From Bacteroidota bacterium (GTDB taxonomy: Bacteria > Bacteroidota > Rhodothermia > Rhodothermales > UBA10348), in the NCBI GenBank assembly GCA_027620595.1, contig JAQCDI010000002.1, positions 1-32,314 of the forward strand: a stretch of DNA of 32,314 nucleotides, in the 5' to 3' direction. The translations under genes and the position numbers were made by a program. Of the stretch, positions 8,509 through 17,899 are shown one piece after another (position 1 is the stretch's first letter; every line of letters begins with the position of its first letter). The notes under the pieces are model-generated. The model worked only from the letters and a program-made list of their open reading frames with translations, was not told the DNA's origin and searched no databases.

Positions 8509-8841
8509 ACGGGATCCGTTGATGGTACTGCGGGTGTGGCGGGCCCCGCAGAAGGAGTTCGTTCGAGGTGTGTACGGCTTTCCGGACGACCGGACGGAAG
8601 GCCTGCAAACGCATGGCCGGACTCCCGGTTGCCGCGACGGGAAACCGCTGCAGCCTCAGGATCGCAAAATATGGACCCGAAAAACGGCATTTTGGAGCCA
8701 ATTGTCGGCCTCCGGCAATGATCCGATGGAATCCCTGCGTGAATGGAACTCCGGAAGGCGATACTCGATACCACAATCCGAATTCCTGTCCCCCGGGGCG
8801 GACACCCTGTCCCCGCCCTCTGTCCCAGCGACCCGACACCC

Positions 8842-10677
8842 ATGGACGAAAGTCGTTCGCGCCTTCGCATCTTCATTGCCCTTATTGCCGTCGTCCTGGG
8901 CATCCTGGCCCTGCGCCTGGGAAAACTGCAGATTGTGGAGCGCTCGGACCACACAGGTAAATCGGCAGCCAACGCGGTGCGCGAGTGGCGTGTGCAGCCT
9001 CCCCGAGGCCGATTCTACGACCGCAATGGGGTGCTCATGGTGGACAACGAGCCCCGCTACTCGCTTTTTGTGACCCCGCGTTATTTCGACCGGGAGACCA
9101 TTCCCCTGTTGGCCCGACTGGTCCGTCTTCCCGACTCGCTCATTACCCAGCGATTCGAGGCAGCGGCCAAGCATCCGTTCCAGCGGACGATCCTGCAGGG
9201 GGACGTCACCTTCGAGGAGCTCAGCCGCGTACTGGAGCAGCGACACAATCTTCCTGGAATCGATTACGAGATCACGCAGAAACGACGCTACCTGACGGAT
9301 GCCCGCATGACGCACGCCTTGGGCTATGTGCGGGAAATCTCCGACGGTACGCTCCAGGCGTTCCGGGATCAGGGCTACGTCCGCGGCGATCCATTTGGAC
9401 AGGGGGGACTTGAGCGCCAGTATGAACAGTCCGTCCGCGGTGTGCCTGGCAGCGACTTCAAGATGATCAACATCAAGGGCCAGGTTGTGGCCGAATACCT
9501 CGACGGAAGGGAGGATCGACCCGCCAGCAACGGGCTGGACCTGAACCTGAGCATCGATGCGGACCTGCAGGCCTACGCCGAATCCCTGTTCGTGGGCAAG
9601 CGGGGGGGCGTTATTGCCATCGACCCGAATACGGGAGAAGTGCTGGCCATGCACTCGGCCCCGGATTTCGACCTCGAGTTGTTCACGCACCGGCTGGACC
9701 CACAGGTATGGGACAGCATCCAGACCCACGTTGACAAGCCGCTTTTCAATCGGGTCACGCAGAGCCAGTTCATGCCCGGTTCGACCTTCAAGCCGCTCAT
9801 TGCCATGCTGGCCCTGTCCACCGGAACGATCGATGAGAACGATACCGTTTTCTGCGGGGGAGGACACCCGCTCGGTGGTGGCAACTTCTACAAGTGCCTG
9901 GCCAAGCACGGCAACCTGACGGTCGAAGAGGCTGTGATGCATTCGTGCAACACGTTCTTTTTCGAGATGATGCGTCGCATCGACGTCAACTCGCTCAACC
10001 GCATGGCTACCGCGTTCGGCTTCGGCAATAAGCCCTTTCTGGACATCGCCGCATCCGAGGTCGCCACGGGCAACGTTCCCGATTCCGTGTACTACAATCG
10101 GTTGTTTCCCCGCGGTTGGACCCAGGGTACGGTCATGAACCTGGGTGTGGGCCAGGGAGAAGGCGAAGTGACCCTGATCCAGCTCGTGCGCTACCTCTCG
10201 GTCATCGCCAACGGCGGTACGCTCGTCACGCCGCACCTTGTGCGTTCCATGACCGATCCGATCACGGGCGAGGAGACCTTTCCGGACGTGCCGCCCACGA
10301 CCAAACTGGATCTCAATGAGACCTATCTGAAGATCATCCGGGAAGGCATGCGACGGGTGACCGCTGAAAAGAGCTATTGGCTGGACATCCCGGGCATCCC
10401 TTCGATGGCCAAAACCGGTTCGGCCCAGAACACCCGCAGCGACGAAGACGACTCCGTGTTCATCATGGCGGCGCCGATCGAGAATCCGCAGATTGCCGTT
10501 GCCGTGCTGGTCGAGAACTCCGGGTGGGGCAGCACGTCGGCCGGCCCGATCGGAAGTTTCATGATTGAGCGCTACCTGAAAGGGCACATTGAGTGGACCC
10601 CCCTGCGCCGGAGCATCCTGCAGCAGATGCTCAACACCAGAAGCGCTCCGCTCACGCAGCGCACCAATTTGGATTGA
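8842..10677 (+). CDS. mrdA: Penicillin-binding protein 2 (elongasome transpeptidase)
   Basis: The start is taken at MDESRSRLRIFIALIAVVLGILAL, which forms the membrane anchor. Supporting motifs are RGRFYDRNG and the catalytic triad motifs STFKP, SCN and KTGS. Confidence 0.92.
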   Translation: MDESRSRLRIFIALIAVVLGILALRLGKLQIVERSDHTGKSAANAVREWRVQPPRGRFYDRNGVLMVDNEPRYSLFVTPRYFDRETIPLLARLVRLPDSLITQRFEAAAKHPFQRTILQGDVTFEELSRVLEQRHNLPGIDYEITQKRRYLTDARMTHALGYVREISDGTLQAFRDQGYVRGDPFGQGGLERQYEQSVRGVPGSDFKMINIKGQVVAEYLDGREDRPASNGLDLNLSIDADLQAYAESLFVGKRGGVIAIDPNTGEVLAMHSAPDFDLELFTHRLDPQVWDSIQTHVDKPLFNRVTQSQFMPGSTFKPLIAMLALSTGTIDENDTVFCGGGHPLGGGNFYKCLAKHGNLTVEEAVMHSCNTFFFEMMRRIDVNSLNRMATAFGFGNKPFLDIAASEVATGNVPDSVYYNRLFPRGWTQGTVMNLGVGQGEGEVTLIQLVRYLSVIANGGTLVTPHLVRSMTDPITGEETFPDVPPTTKLDLNETYLKIIREGMRRVTAEKSYWLDIPGIPSMAKTGSAQNTRSDEDDSVFIMAAPIENPQIAVAVLVENSGWGSTSAGPIGSFMIERYLKGHIEWTPLRRSILQQMLNTRSAPLTQRTNLD

Positions 10678-10684
10678 CGGGCCG

Positions 10685-11944
10685 GTGCGCAAGAAGTATC
10701 TCAATCTCGATCCGATCAGCCTGTTTGCCTGGCTGGCTCTCGTGGGCACCGGACTGCTGGCCATCTACTCGGCCACGCACGGCCCCTCGGCGGAGTACAT
10801 CGACTCGGCCGAGGCGGGCAACTTCGAAAGCCAGCTCGTCTGGTTCGGTATCTGCGTCTTCGGTCTGGTGGTTGCGCTCCTCCTGCCGGTGCGCTTCTTC
10901 CAGTCGATGGCCTTTCCCGTCTACGGGCTGACCATCCTGCTGCTGGTGGTGGCTCTTCTGTTCGGGCGGGAAATCAACGGCGCCAAATCCTGGCTCTTTT
11001 TCGGTCCCATGAGCCTCCAGGTGTCGGAAGTGGCCAAAGTGGGCACGGTGCTGGCCGTGGCGCAGGTGGTCGGTATGCGCAGACCCAAGACCATGGACCT
11101 GCGCTTTGCGTTCATCCTGCTCGGGATCATCCTTTTGCCAGCTTCGCTCATCGTACTCCAGAACGACACGGGAACGGCCCTGGTATTCTTCGGCCTGATC
11201 CCCATCGTGCTCTTCTGGTCCGGGCTCGATATGAACCTGTTGCTGCTCATGATATCGCCGGCGGTGGCGGGCTACTTCGCCGTTGTGTCCATGCCGGTGG
11301 CCATCCTTTTCTGCGTGGCTTTCGTGGGCTTCATGTGGTGGAAGACCCGGGACAAGCGCATCGGCGTCGTATCGGCCATCATGACGGGCGGCGTTGTGGC
11401 CCTGGCCAATGTGGCACTGACCCTTGTACTGAGTGACTACCAGGTCCAGCGCATCCTGTCTTTCACCGATCCGGGCGCCGAGCAATTCCGCAGCAATGTG
11501 GGCTTCCACCAGGTCAACTCGATGGCGGCCATCGGCAGTGGCGGCTGGACGGGCAAGGGGTTCCTGCAGGGAACCCAGACACAGGGCGGCTATGTCTTCG
11601 AGCAGTCCACCGACTTCATTTTCTCGGTCATCGGAGAGGAGTCGGGCTTTTTCGGCAGCCTGCTGGTCCTGATCCTCTTTGCCGTCCTGCTCGTGCGGCT
11701 CCTGCAACTGGGCGCCAACATCAAGCACCCCTTTGCCGTGTTGGTGGCCGCGGGAGCATCCGGAATCTACCTGATCCACATCTTCATCAACATCGGCATG
11801 GCCACCTCGCTCCTGCCGGTGATCGGGATCCCGCTGCCCTTCATTTCCTACGGAGGGTCGGCCCTGCTGGCCAATTCGGCCCTTTTTGCCATCGTCCTCT
11901 CCATGCACCTCAAGAAGGACGACTTCTCGATCTACGGATACTGA
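10685..11944 (+). CDS. rodA: Rod shape-determining protein RodA (SEDS family glycosyltransferase)
   Basis: A multi-pass membrane protein with FtsW/RodA/SpoVE signatures: DTGTALVF, TDFIFSVIGEESGF, PLPFISYGGS. I chose the GTG start at 10685, 7 nt after the mrdA stop. The ORF-track start at 10589 would overlap mrdA by 89 nt. Confidence 0.88.
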   Translation: MRKKYLNLDPISLFAWLALVGTGLLAIYSATHGPSAEYIDSAEAGNFESQLVWFGICVFGLVVALLLPVRFFQSMAFPVYGLTILLLVVALLFGREINGAKSWLFFGPMSLQVSEVAKVGTVLAVAQVVGMRRPKTMDLRFAFILLGIILLPASLIVLQNDTGTALVFFGLIPIVLFWSGLDMNLLLLMISPAVAGYFAVVSMPVAILFCVAFVGFMWWKTRDKRIGVVSAIMTGGVVALANVALTLVLSDYQVQRILSFTDPGAEQFRSNVGFHQVNSMAAIGSGGWTGKGFLQGTQTQGGYVFEQSTDFIFSVIGEESGFFGSLLVLILFAVLLVRLLQLGANIKHPFAVLVAAGASGIYLIHIFINIGMATSLLPVIGIPLPFISYGGSALLANSALFAIVLSMHLKKDDFSIYGY

Positions 11945-12006
11945 TTGCGGGCGAACCGTCGGGCAACCGCCTCGCCTCCAGGGGCGTGCGGCTCAGCGCG
12001 CGTTGA

Positions 12007-13388
12007 TCAACACTCGGTGATGCTCACGGCCAGGCCGCCGAGCGAGGTCTCCTTGAACTTGTGGGACATTTCCTCGCCGGTCTGCTTCATGGCCGAGATG
12101 CAGGCATCCAATGTCATGATATGGTGTCCGCTTCCCCGGAGCGCGAGCGAGGCGGCCGTGAAGGCCTTGATGGCGCCGAAACCGTTGCGCTCGATGCAGG
12201 GCACCTGACCAGACCGGCCACGGGATCGCACGTCAATCCGAGATGGTGCTCGAGGGCCATCTCGGCAGCGTTCTCGACCTGGGCCACCGTGCCGCCGAGG
12301 ACAGCGCAGAGTCCGGCGGCGGCCATGGCGGAGGCTGAGCCCACCTCGCCCTGACAGCCCACCTCGGCGCCCGAGATGCTGCTGCGGTGTTTGATGAGGC
12401 CGCCAATGGCCGCCGCCGTCAACAGGAAATCATGGATACCGCGCCGGTCCAGGTTCTCGTGCCCGACCATCCAGTACAGGACCGACGGGACGACACCGGC
12501 CGCTCCGTTCGTGGGGGCGGTGACCACCATGTGGCCGGCGGCATTTTCCTCATTGACGGCCATGGCAAAGGCGCACAGCCAGTCGTTCATGTGCACGCGC
12601 CCTTTGCCGGCGCGCAGTTCCTCCACGAGGTGTCGGGCGCGCCGGCGTACGTTCAGGCGGCCCGGCAGCGTGCCTTCTTCGCGGAGCCCGTTTTCCACGC
12701 ATGCCCTCATCACGCTCCAGACCTCATCCAGCCCGGCGTCCAGCACCGTGTCCGTGCGATACCGGTGCTCGTTCTCGCGCTTCATTTGTGCGATCGTGAG
12801 GCCCGACTCCAAGCCCATGCGCAGCATGACCTTGCCCGATTCGAAAGGATACGGGCAATCCTTGGCATCTTCCATGGCCAGCGGCGCCTCGATCGAATCG
12901 ATTTCGTCTTCGCCGGTGATGAAGCCTCCGCCGATGGAGAAATACCGGCGCTCGTGCAGCACCACGCTGCCCGCCAAAACCTGGAAGATCATGCCGTTGG
13001 GATGCTCGGGCAGGGGTTCGCCCCGGTCGAAGACCACATCATCCGGCGGAGCAAACGAGAGCGACCAGGACTCCGCGTCCAGCCGGACCCGCTGCCAGAG
13101 GTCGGCCATGAGGGTGTTTACGTCCTCGGTGATGAGGCCTCGCGGGGTGTAGCCGTTCAGGCCGAGCACGACGGCCCGGTCGGTGGCGTGGCCCTTTCCG
13201 GTCCAGGCCAGCGAACCCTTGAGCAGTACGCGGATGCGGCAGGCCCCGGGTTCGACCGTAAGATCCCCCAACGCTATGTGGCGGCTGATGCTGCGGCGGA
13301 AGGCGGCAGCGGCCACCATCGGGCCCATCGTGTGGGAGCTTGAAGGGCCGATGCCCACCTTGAACAGGTCAAGTACGGAAATGAACAT
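12007..13388 (-). pseudogene. sdaA: L-serine ammonia-lyase (iron-sulfur, single-chain SdaA type) carrying a 1-nt frameshift near 12204-12210
   Basis: ORF 12114-13388 starts MFISVLDLFKVGIGPSSSHTMGP and stays SdaA-like up to [12 protein letters not shown]. The conserved continuation [16 protein letters not shown]...[17 protein letters not shown] is found in ORF 12007-12231, in a different frame. The joined length of about 460 aa is normal for SdaA. Confidence 0.88.
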
Positions 13389-13432
13389 GGGATGGCTTGG
13401 ATCAGGGTATCACAAGGTACGATCAGGCAGGA

Positions 13433-14509
13433 TCACGGTGACACGTGGATGAGCGGACGCACGGCAATCCGCGACCCGTAGTGCAGGCGTACCAGGTAGA
13501 ACCCGGCCGGAACGGATCGGTCGGCATCGTCCCTGCCGTCCCATTCCATGCGGTTCGCTCCGGCAGCCTGCGTTCCATCCGACAGGACCCGCAGCACGCG
13601 CCCCGCCAGGTCAACAACGTCCAGACGGGCTTGACCGCTGGAAGGAAGGTTCCACTCGATGCTCACGCGGCCGCTCGATGGGTTCGGGTAGGGGGCGCTC
13701 AGGAGGGGTTGGCCAGGGAGTGAAATGGGCGGCTCGGCATGGGTGGCCGATACGAGCGGCTGCAGGTCGAGGGATTCCTGCCGATCAAAGAACGCCAGCC
13801 GGTTGGGGATGGCTGATTCGATGGTCTGGCGGAGCTCGTTGGAAATCCGGTTCGCCCGATGCCGCACGGCGATCCAGGTCAGGAACGACTCGGCAATATC
13901 CTCCCGGTCAGGGTAATCCCGGGCGTAGACGGAGATGAACTCGGGATCGGCCTGTTGGGCGGCGCGCCATTCGGGGTGGGTGGCCCACTGCGCATCGAGG
14001 GACGTGTGGGAGGCTTCGTGGACCAGGGTTTCCTCCAGGATCCCGTCGTCGATGTAAAGCTCGGCCTGGCCAGTGTGGATCAGGATATTGCGGTTGCCTC
14101 CGCCAAAAGGCTGCAAGCCCTCGTGGACCCACATGGTCTCGACGTTGGTCCGCAGGGATCGGGGCAGTCGCCCGACCTCCGTGGCCCAACGGACGGCCTG
14201 CATCATGGCGGCGTCGGGTGTTCCGAACTCCGGATTGACCTGGACCTCGACCACCGATCCGTCGCCGAAGGACGCATCCACGAGGAAGGCGTTGCGCTGC
14301 ACCCAGTTGTTGAAACGCCGATCATACATCGTACGCTGGCCCTGTCCGCGGTAGGTGGCCTCGACGAACTCCGTGGGATCGTCCGATGTGATGATGTCGG
14401 GATCGATGAAAATGGTGCCCCAGAACGGAGGGTCCAGTGGGCGAGGGGTGGCGCCGAGGAGGAGGACTCCGAGGAGGGCAGCGATGGTGCGAGGACGGGG
14501 AAAGGACAT
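13433..14509 (-). CDS. Secreted HExxH (putative zinc metallopeptidase-like) protein with a T9SS C-terminal sorting domain
   Basis: The start is taken at MSFPRPRTIAALLGVLLLGA, a signal peptide. It carries LVHEASH (an HExxH motif). The C-terminal 80 aa, PYPNPSSGRVSIEWNLPSSGQARLDVVDLAGRVLRVL..MEWDGRDDADRSVPAGFYLVRL, fit the Por/T9SS type A sorting (FlgD-Ig-like) pattern. The remainder of the 807-aa ORF is antisense to the kinase gene. Confidence 0.72.
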   Translation of the reverse strand: MSFPRPRTIAALLGVLLLGATPRPLDPPFWGTIFIDPDIITSDDPTEFVEATYRGQGQRTMYDRRFNNWVQRNAFLVDASFGDGSVVEVQVNPEFGTPDAAMMQAVRWATEVGRLPRSLRTNVETMWVHEGLQPFGGGNRNILIHTGQAELYIDDGILEETLVHEASHTSLDAQWATHPEWRAAQQADPEFISVYARDYPDREDIAESFLTWIAVRHRANRISNELRQTIESAIPNRLAFFDRQESLDLQPLVSATHAEPPISLPGQPLLSAPYPNPSSGRVSIEWNLPSSGQARLDVVDLAGRVLRVLSDGTQAAGANRMEWDGRDDADRSVPAGFYLVRLHYGSRIAVRPLIHVSP

Positions 14510-14657
14510 GGGCACTTGATTCGGGATGCCAACGGCGTACGCCCTGAAACGAAACCGGTGCCCTGCGACACCCATGGATGTTGCGAGGCAAGCTTTCCCC
14601 GTGGTCCGGTGGCCGTTCGGCCGTCCGTCCCGGCACTTCGCCGCTGCCCGCACGAGG

Positions 14658-14681
14658 CCTCCGTTCGTCGACGAAGGGAGG
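14658..14681. promoter_or_regulatory. Near-perfect 24-bp palindrome CCTCCGTTCGTCGACGAAGGGAGG containing an exact AlgR-type core CCGTTCGTC (14661-14669)
   Basis: Read directly from the sequence; 11 of 12 arm positions pair. It sits in the divergent intergenic region, 86 nt upstream of the kinase ATG and 152 nt upstream of the T9SS-protein ATG. A degenerate copy, CCGTTCGGC, lies at 14613-14621. Confidence 0.55.
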
Positions 14682-14746
14682 CGAGGCCGATCCAGGACCC
14701 CGTCCTTCGCGCGGTGTTTGCCTCCGTGTCCCTTTTTCCTACCCCA

Positions 14747-15889
14747 ATGTCCAACGCAATCGGCGTTCGCGTCGCCCCCATGCCCCGTCCGTGGGCGTCC
14801 TGGTTCAACCTGCCAGCCTACCTGCTCGTGTGGTCCATCCCCGGTGTGGCCGCCCTGAGCTTCTATTACCTGAACCAGACGGTGACGGCAGCGCCCCTGA
14901 ACTGGTCCTTCGCCCTGGTTTCCACCCTGCCGAACTGGTACATCTGGGCGCTCCTCACCCCTGTCATTGTGCGGATCTGCCGCTCCTGGCCACTCGAACA
15001 GGAAACTTGGAAGCGGGTCGTCTTCAGTGTGCATGTGCCGGCGCTGCTGGCCAGCATGCTGATCCATTCGGCGGTGAACCTCATACTTTTCCGCACCGCC
15101 GGGCTGCACGACCAGGTGACGATCGGTCTCTATCAGGTGCACTTCTTTACGCGCATCCACGCCAACATCTTCACCTACGCCGCCATTGTCGGGTTGTACT
15201 CCGCCTGGGAGTACTACCGCCGATACATGAGCCGGGAGGCCCAGACGGCGGTCCTTCAGGTGCAGCTGGCGCAGGCCAACCTGCGGGCTCTGAAGATGCA
15301 GATCCATCCCCATTTCCTGTTCAACACCCTGCATTCGATTGCTGCGCTGGTCCGCAAAGGGGAGAACAAGCCGGCGGTCAACATGCTGGGGCAGCTTGGA
15401 GAATTCCTTCGACTGGCCCTCGAGAACAAGGGGCAGCAGGAGATCCAGTTGGAGCAGGAATTGGACTTCCTGCGCCGGTATCTGGCCATCGAGAAGACCC
15501 GCTTCGGGGATCGTCTCACGGTCGATATCCAATGCGACTCCGAGGCGGCCCATGCCTTCGTGCCCAATCTCATCCTTCAGCCGATCGTCGAGAATGCCAT
15601 CCATCACGGGATCTCCCCCTCCATGACCAAAGGGGTGATCCGCATCGTGGCGCGGGCCGAGGCCGGCCGGCTGTGCATGACCGTGGCGGACAACGGTCCG
15701 GGGTTGAAGAACCCTGATCGACTGCGCAAGGGCGTGGGCGTGGGCAACACCCAGGAGCGCTTGGAGAACCTCTACGGCAAGGACCAGGAGTTCAGCCTTC
15801 GCAACGGCGAACTGGGGGGTCTCGAAGTCCGCATCTGCATCCCGTTCATGCCCCAACCCATCATCCAGTTGCCGGCCGACGTGGCCTGA
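14747..15889 (+). CDS. LytS/YehU-type sensor histidine kinase (His_kinase plus HATPase_c, membrane-embedded sensor)
   Basis: The start is taken at MSNAIGVRV. The protein has about 5-6 predicted transmembrane segments, followed by LKMQIHPHFLFNTLHSIAALV, LEQELDFLRRYLAIEKTRFGDRL, QPIVENAIHHG and DNGPG. Confidence 0.85.
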   Translation: MSNAIGVRVAPMPRPWASWFNLPAYLLVWSIPGVAALSFYYLNQTVTAAPLNWSFALVSTLPNWYIWALLTPVIVRICRSWPLEQETWKRVVFSVHVPALLASMLIHSAVNLILFRTAGLHDQVTIGLYQVHFFTRIHANIFTYAAIVGLYSAWEYYRRYMSREAQTAVLQVQLAQANLRALKMQIHPHFLFNTLHSIAALVRKGENKPAVNMLGQLGEFLRLALENKGQQEIQLEQELDFLRRYLAIEKTRFGDRLTVDIQCDSEAAHAFVPNLILQPIVENAIHHGISPSMTKGVIRIVARAEAGRLCMTVADNGPGLKNPDRLRKGVGVGNTQERLENLYGKDQEFSLRNGELGGLEVRICIPFMPQPIIQLPADVA

Positions 15890-15902
15890 ACCCTATTCCT
15901 GC

Positions 15903-16682
15903 ATGCCCATGGAATCCCCGCTCAAGGTGCTGATCGTCGACGACGAGTCCCTGGCCCGCGACACCGTGAGGTTGCTGCTGGAGGAAGCGGAGGATATCCG
16001 TGTGGTGGAGGAGTGTGCCGACGGCCTACAGGCCGTGGCGGCCATCCGTACCCATCAGCCCGATCTGGTCTTCCTGGACGTCCAGATGCCTGGGCTGACT
16101 GGTCTGGAGGTCGTGGCCGAAATCGGGGCGGACCGCATGCCGCCTGTGGTCTTTGTCACGGCATACGACGAGTATGCCGTGAAAGCGTTTGAGACGAGCG
16201 CAATCGACTACCTGGTCAAACCATTTTCGGACGAACGGTTCGAGGCGGCGCTCGACCGGGTACGCAAGCAGGTACGGCAGCAACGCCGGGCCGACCTGGA
16301 AGAACGTCTGAGGCATTTGTTGGCCGAAACCCGTCCCGCGGGGCCCAATTCTGGCGGGACCCGGTTCCTGGTCAAGGACCGGGGGACGATCCGTTTCGTG
16401 GATGCCGCGGAGATTGACTGGGTGGAAGCAGCCGGCGACTATGTCCTGCTGCACGGAAGCGGGGAAAAGAACATGATCCGGGAGACGATGAGCGGGATGG
16501 AGGAGCGACTTCCCTCGGAGTCCTTCGTGCGCATCCACCGCTCCACGATTGTACGCATCGGTGCCATCCGCGAAATCAAACCCTATTTCCACGGTGACTA
16601 CATCCTTTATCTGCGGGATGGCACGGAGCTCAAACTGAGCCGCCGCTACTGGTCCCACGTGGAGTCGGTCCTTGGGGGGTAG
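15903..16682 (+). CDS. LytTR-family (LytR/AlgR-type) response regulator
   Basis: The receiver domain shows [43 protein letters not shown]. The C-terminal LytTR domain shows [41 protein letters not shown]. The gene starts 13 nt after the kinase stop, so the two likely form an operon. Confidence 0.9.
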   Translation: MPMESPLKVLIVDDESLARDTVRLLLEEAEDIRVVEECADGLQAVAAIRTHQPDLVFLDVQMPGLTGLEVVAEIGADRMPPVVFVTAYDEYAVKAFETSAIDYLVKPFSDERFEAALDRVRKQVRQQRRADLEERLRHLLAETRPAGPNSGGTRFLVKDRGTIRFVDAAEIDWVEAAGDYVLLHGSGEKNMIRETMSGMEERLPSESFVRIHRSTIVRIGAIREIKPYFHGDYILYLRDGTELKLSRRYWSHVESVLGG

Positions 16683-16707
16683 GCGAGCCGCTTATCGCAC
16701 GGGTTCG

Positions 16708-16720
16708 CCGTTCGTCGACG
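16708..16720 (+). promoter_or_regulatory. Second exact AlgR-type box CCGTTCGTC, within the 13-mer CCGTTCGTCGACG that is identical to 14661-14673
   Basis: Read directly from the sequence. It lies 26 nt after the regulator stop and 126 nt upstream of the fasciclin ATG. Confidence 0.5.
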
Positions 16721-16787
16721 CTCCGAGCGCCCCATCTCTGAAGGGTATCCGTCGCTTCCGGACCTGCCTAGTTTTCCTCCAGACAAT

Positions 16788-16806
16788 GATCCGAATCGTT
16801 CGGATC
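16788..16806. promoter_or_regulatory. 19-bp inverted repeat GATCCGAA-TCG-TTCGGATC upstream of the fasciclin gene
   Basis: It has perfect 8-bp arms and ends 28 nt before ATG 16834. It could be an operator or a 5' UTR hairpin. Confidence 0.4.
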
Positions 16807-16833
16807 CGGAAATCAATCCCACTTCCCACTTCC

Positions 16834-17316
<483 letters not shown>

Positions 17317-17339
17317 CGACTACGGGAATTACCGGTCAT

Positions 17340-17378
17340 AAGGGGGCGCCTCGGCGGGGGGCGCCCCCTTCTTTTTAT
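17340..17378 (+). terminator. Rho-independent terminator after the fasciclin gene
   Basis: A 10-11 bp GC stem pairs AGGGGGCGCC (17341-17350) with GGCGCCCCCT (17360-17369). It is followed by TCTTTTTAT. Confidence 0.8.
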
Positions 17379-17407
17379 GTGCCCGCGTCCCACCACCCAC
17401 CAACGCC

Positions 17408-17863
17408 ATGATTGTCCATACCCTGCGCACGGAACAGTGGATCGAGCGCCCACGCAGTGAGGTGTTCGCATTCTTCTCGGACGCCTCCAACCTCGAGCGC
17501 ATCACGCCCGCCGAATTGCGGTTCGAGATCCTCTCGCCCCAACCCATCGATATGCGGGTGGGGGCCCTGATCGACTATCAGCTCCACCTGGCCGGTATTC
17601 CGTTCAAATGGAAGACGGAGATCACGGACTGGAATCCACCCTTCTCTTTCGTCGATACCCAGCTCAAGGGGCCCTACAAACAGTGGATCCACACCCACAC
17701 GTTCGAGGATCATGGAGACCGTACGTTGATTGTGGACGAGGTCAAGTGGGCCCTCCCGCTCTCGCCCCTCGGGGACCTGGCCTACCCGATCATCAAGTGG
17801 CAGCTGGGCCGCATCTTTGCCCATCGCCAACGGGTAATCGAAGGGGTGCTGCGGTCCACCTGA
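17408..17863 (+). CDS. SRPBCC-superfamily (polyketide cyclase/dehydrase-like) protein
   Basis: 151 aa. The pattern ERPRSEVFAFFSDASNLERITP..IPFKWKTEITDWNPPFSFVDTQLKGPYKQWIHTHTFE matches what I recall for the COG4276/SRPBCC fold family. Confidence 0.72.
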   Translation: MIVHTLRTEQWIERPRSEVFAFFSDASNLERITPAELRFEILSPQPIDMRVGALIDYQLHLAGIPFKWKTEITDWNPPFSFVDTQLKGPYKQWIHTHTFEDHGDRTLIVDEVKWALPLSPLGDLAYPIIKWQLGRIFAHRQRVIEGVLRST

Positions 17864-17899
17864 CCGGCCGATGCTTCCGTCGGTCGGGTCTGCCGCGTG

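Noticed and set aside
8528-8551. 7-bp GC hairpin CTGCGGG/CCCGCAG in the 333-bp spacer between the Omp85-fusion gene and mrdA, and the possibility of an ncRNA in that spacer
   Set aside because: The stem is short and of a kind expected by chance in GC-rich DNA. I could not recognise any known RNA family (SRP, 6S, RNase P, riboswitch) in the spacer.
8656-10764. 702-aa ORF antisense to mrdA. Similar very long antisense ORFs occur at 5995-7422, 17897-19141, 21093-22292, 25366-27378 and 30708-32159.
   Set aside because: These are shadow ORFs, which are typical of high-GC DNA. Their translations are dominated by R/G/A/H/D/V runs with no recognisable motifs. The opposite strand in each case encodes a protein with clear family signatures.
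14510-15856. N-terminal 450 aa of the 807-aa minus-strand ORF 13433-15856
   Set aside because: This part is antisense to the LytS-type kinase and looks non-protein-like. A good signal peptide begins at the internal Met (14509), so only 13433-14509 is called.
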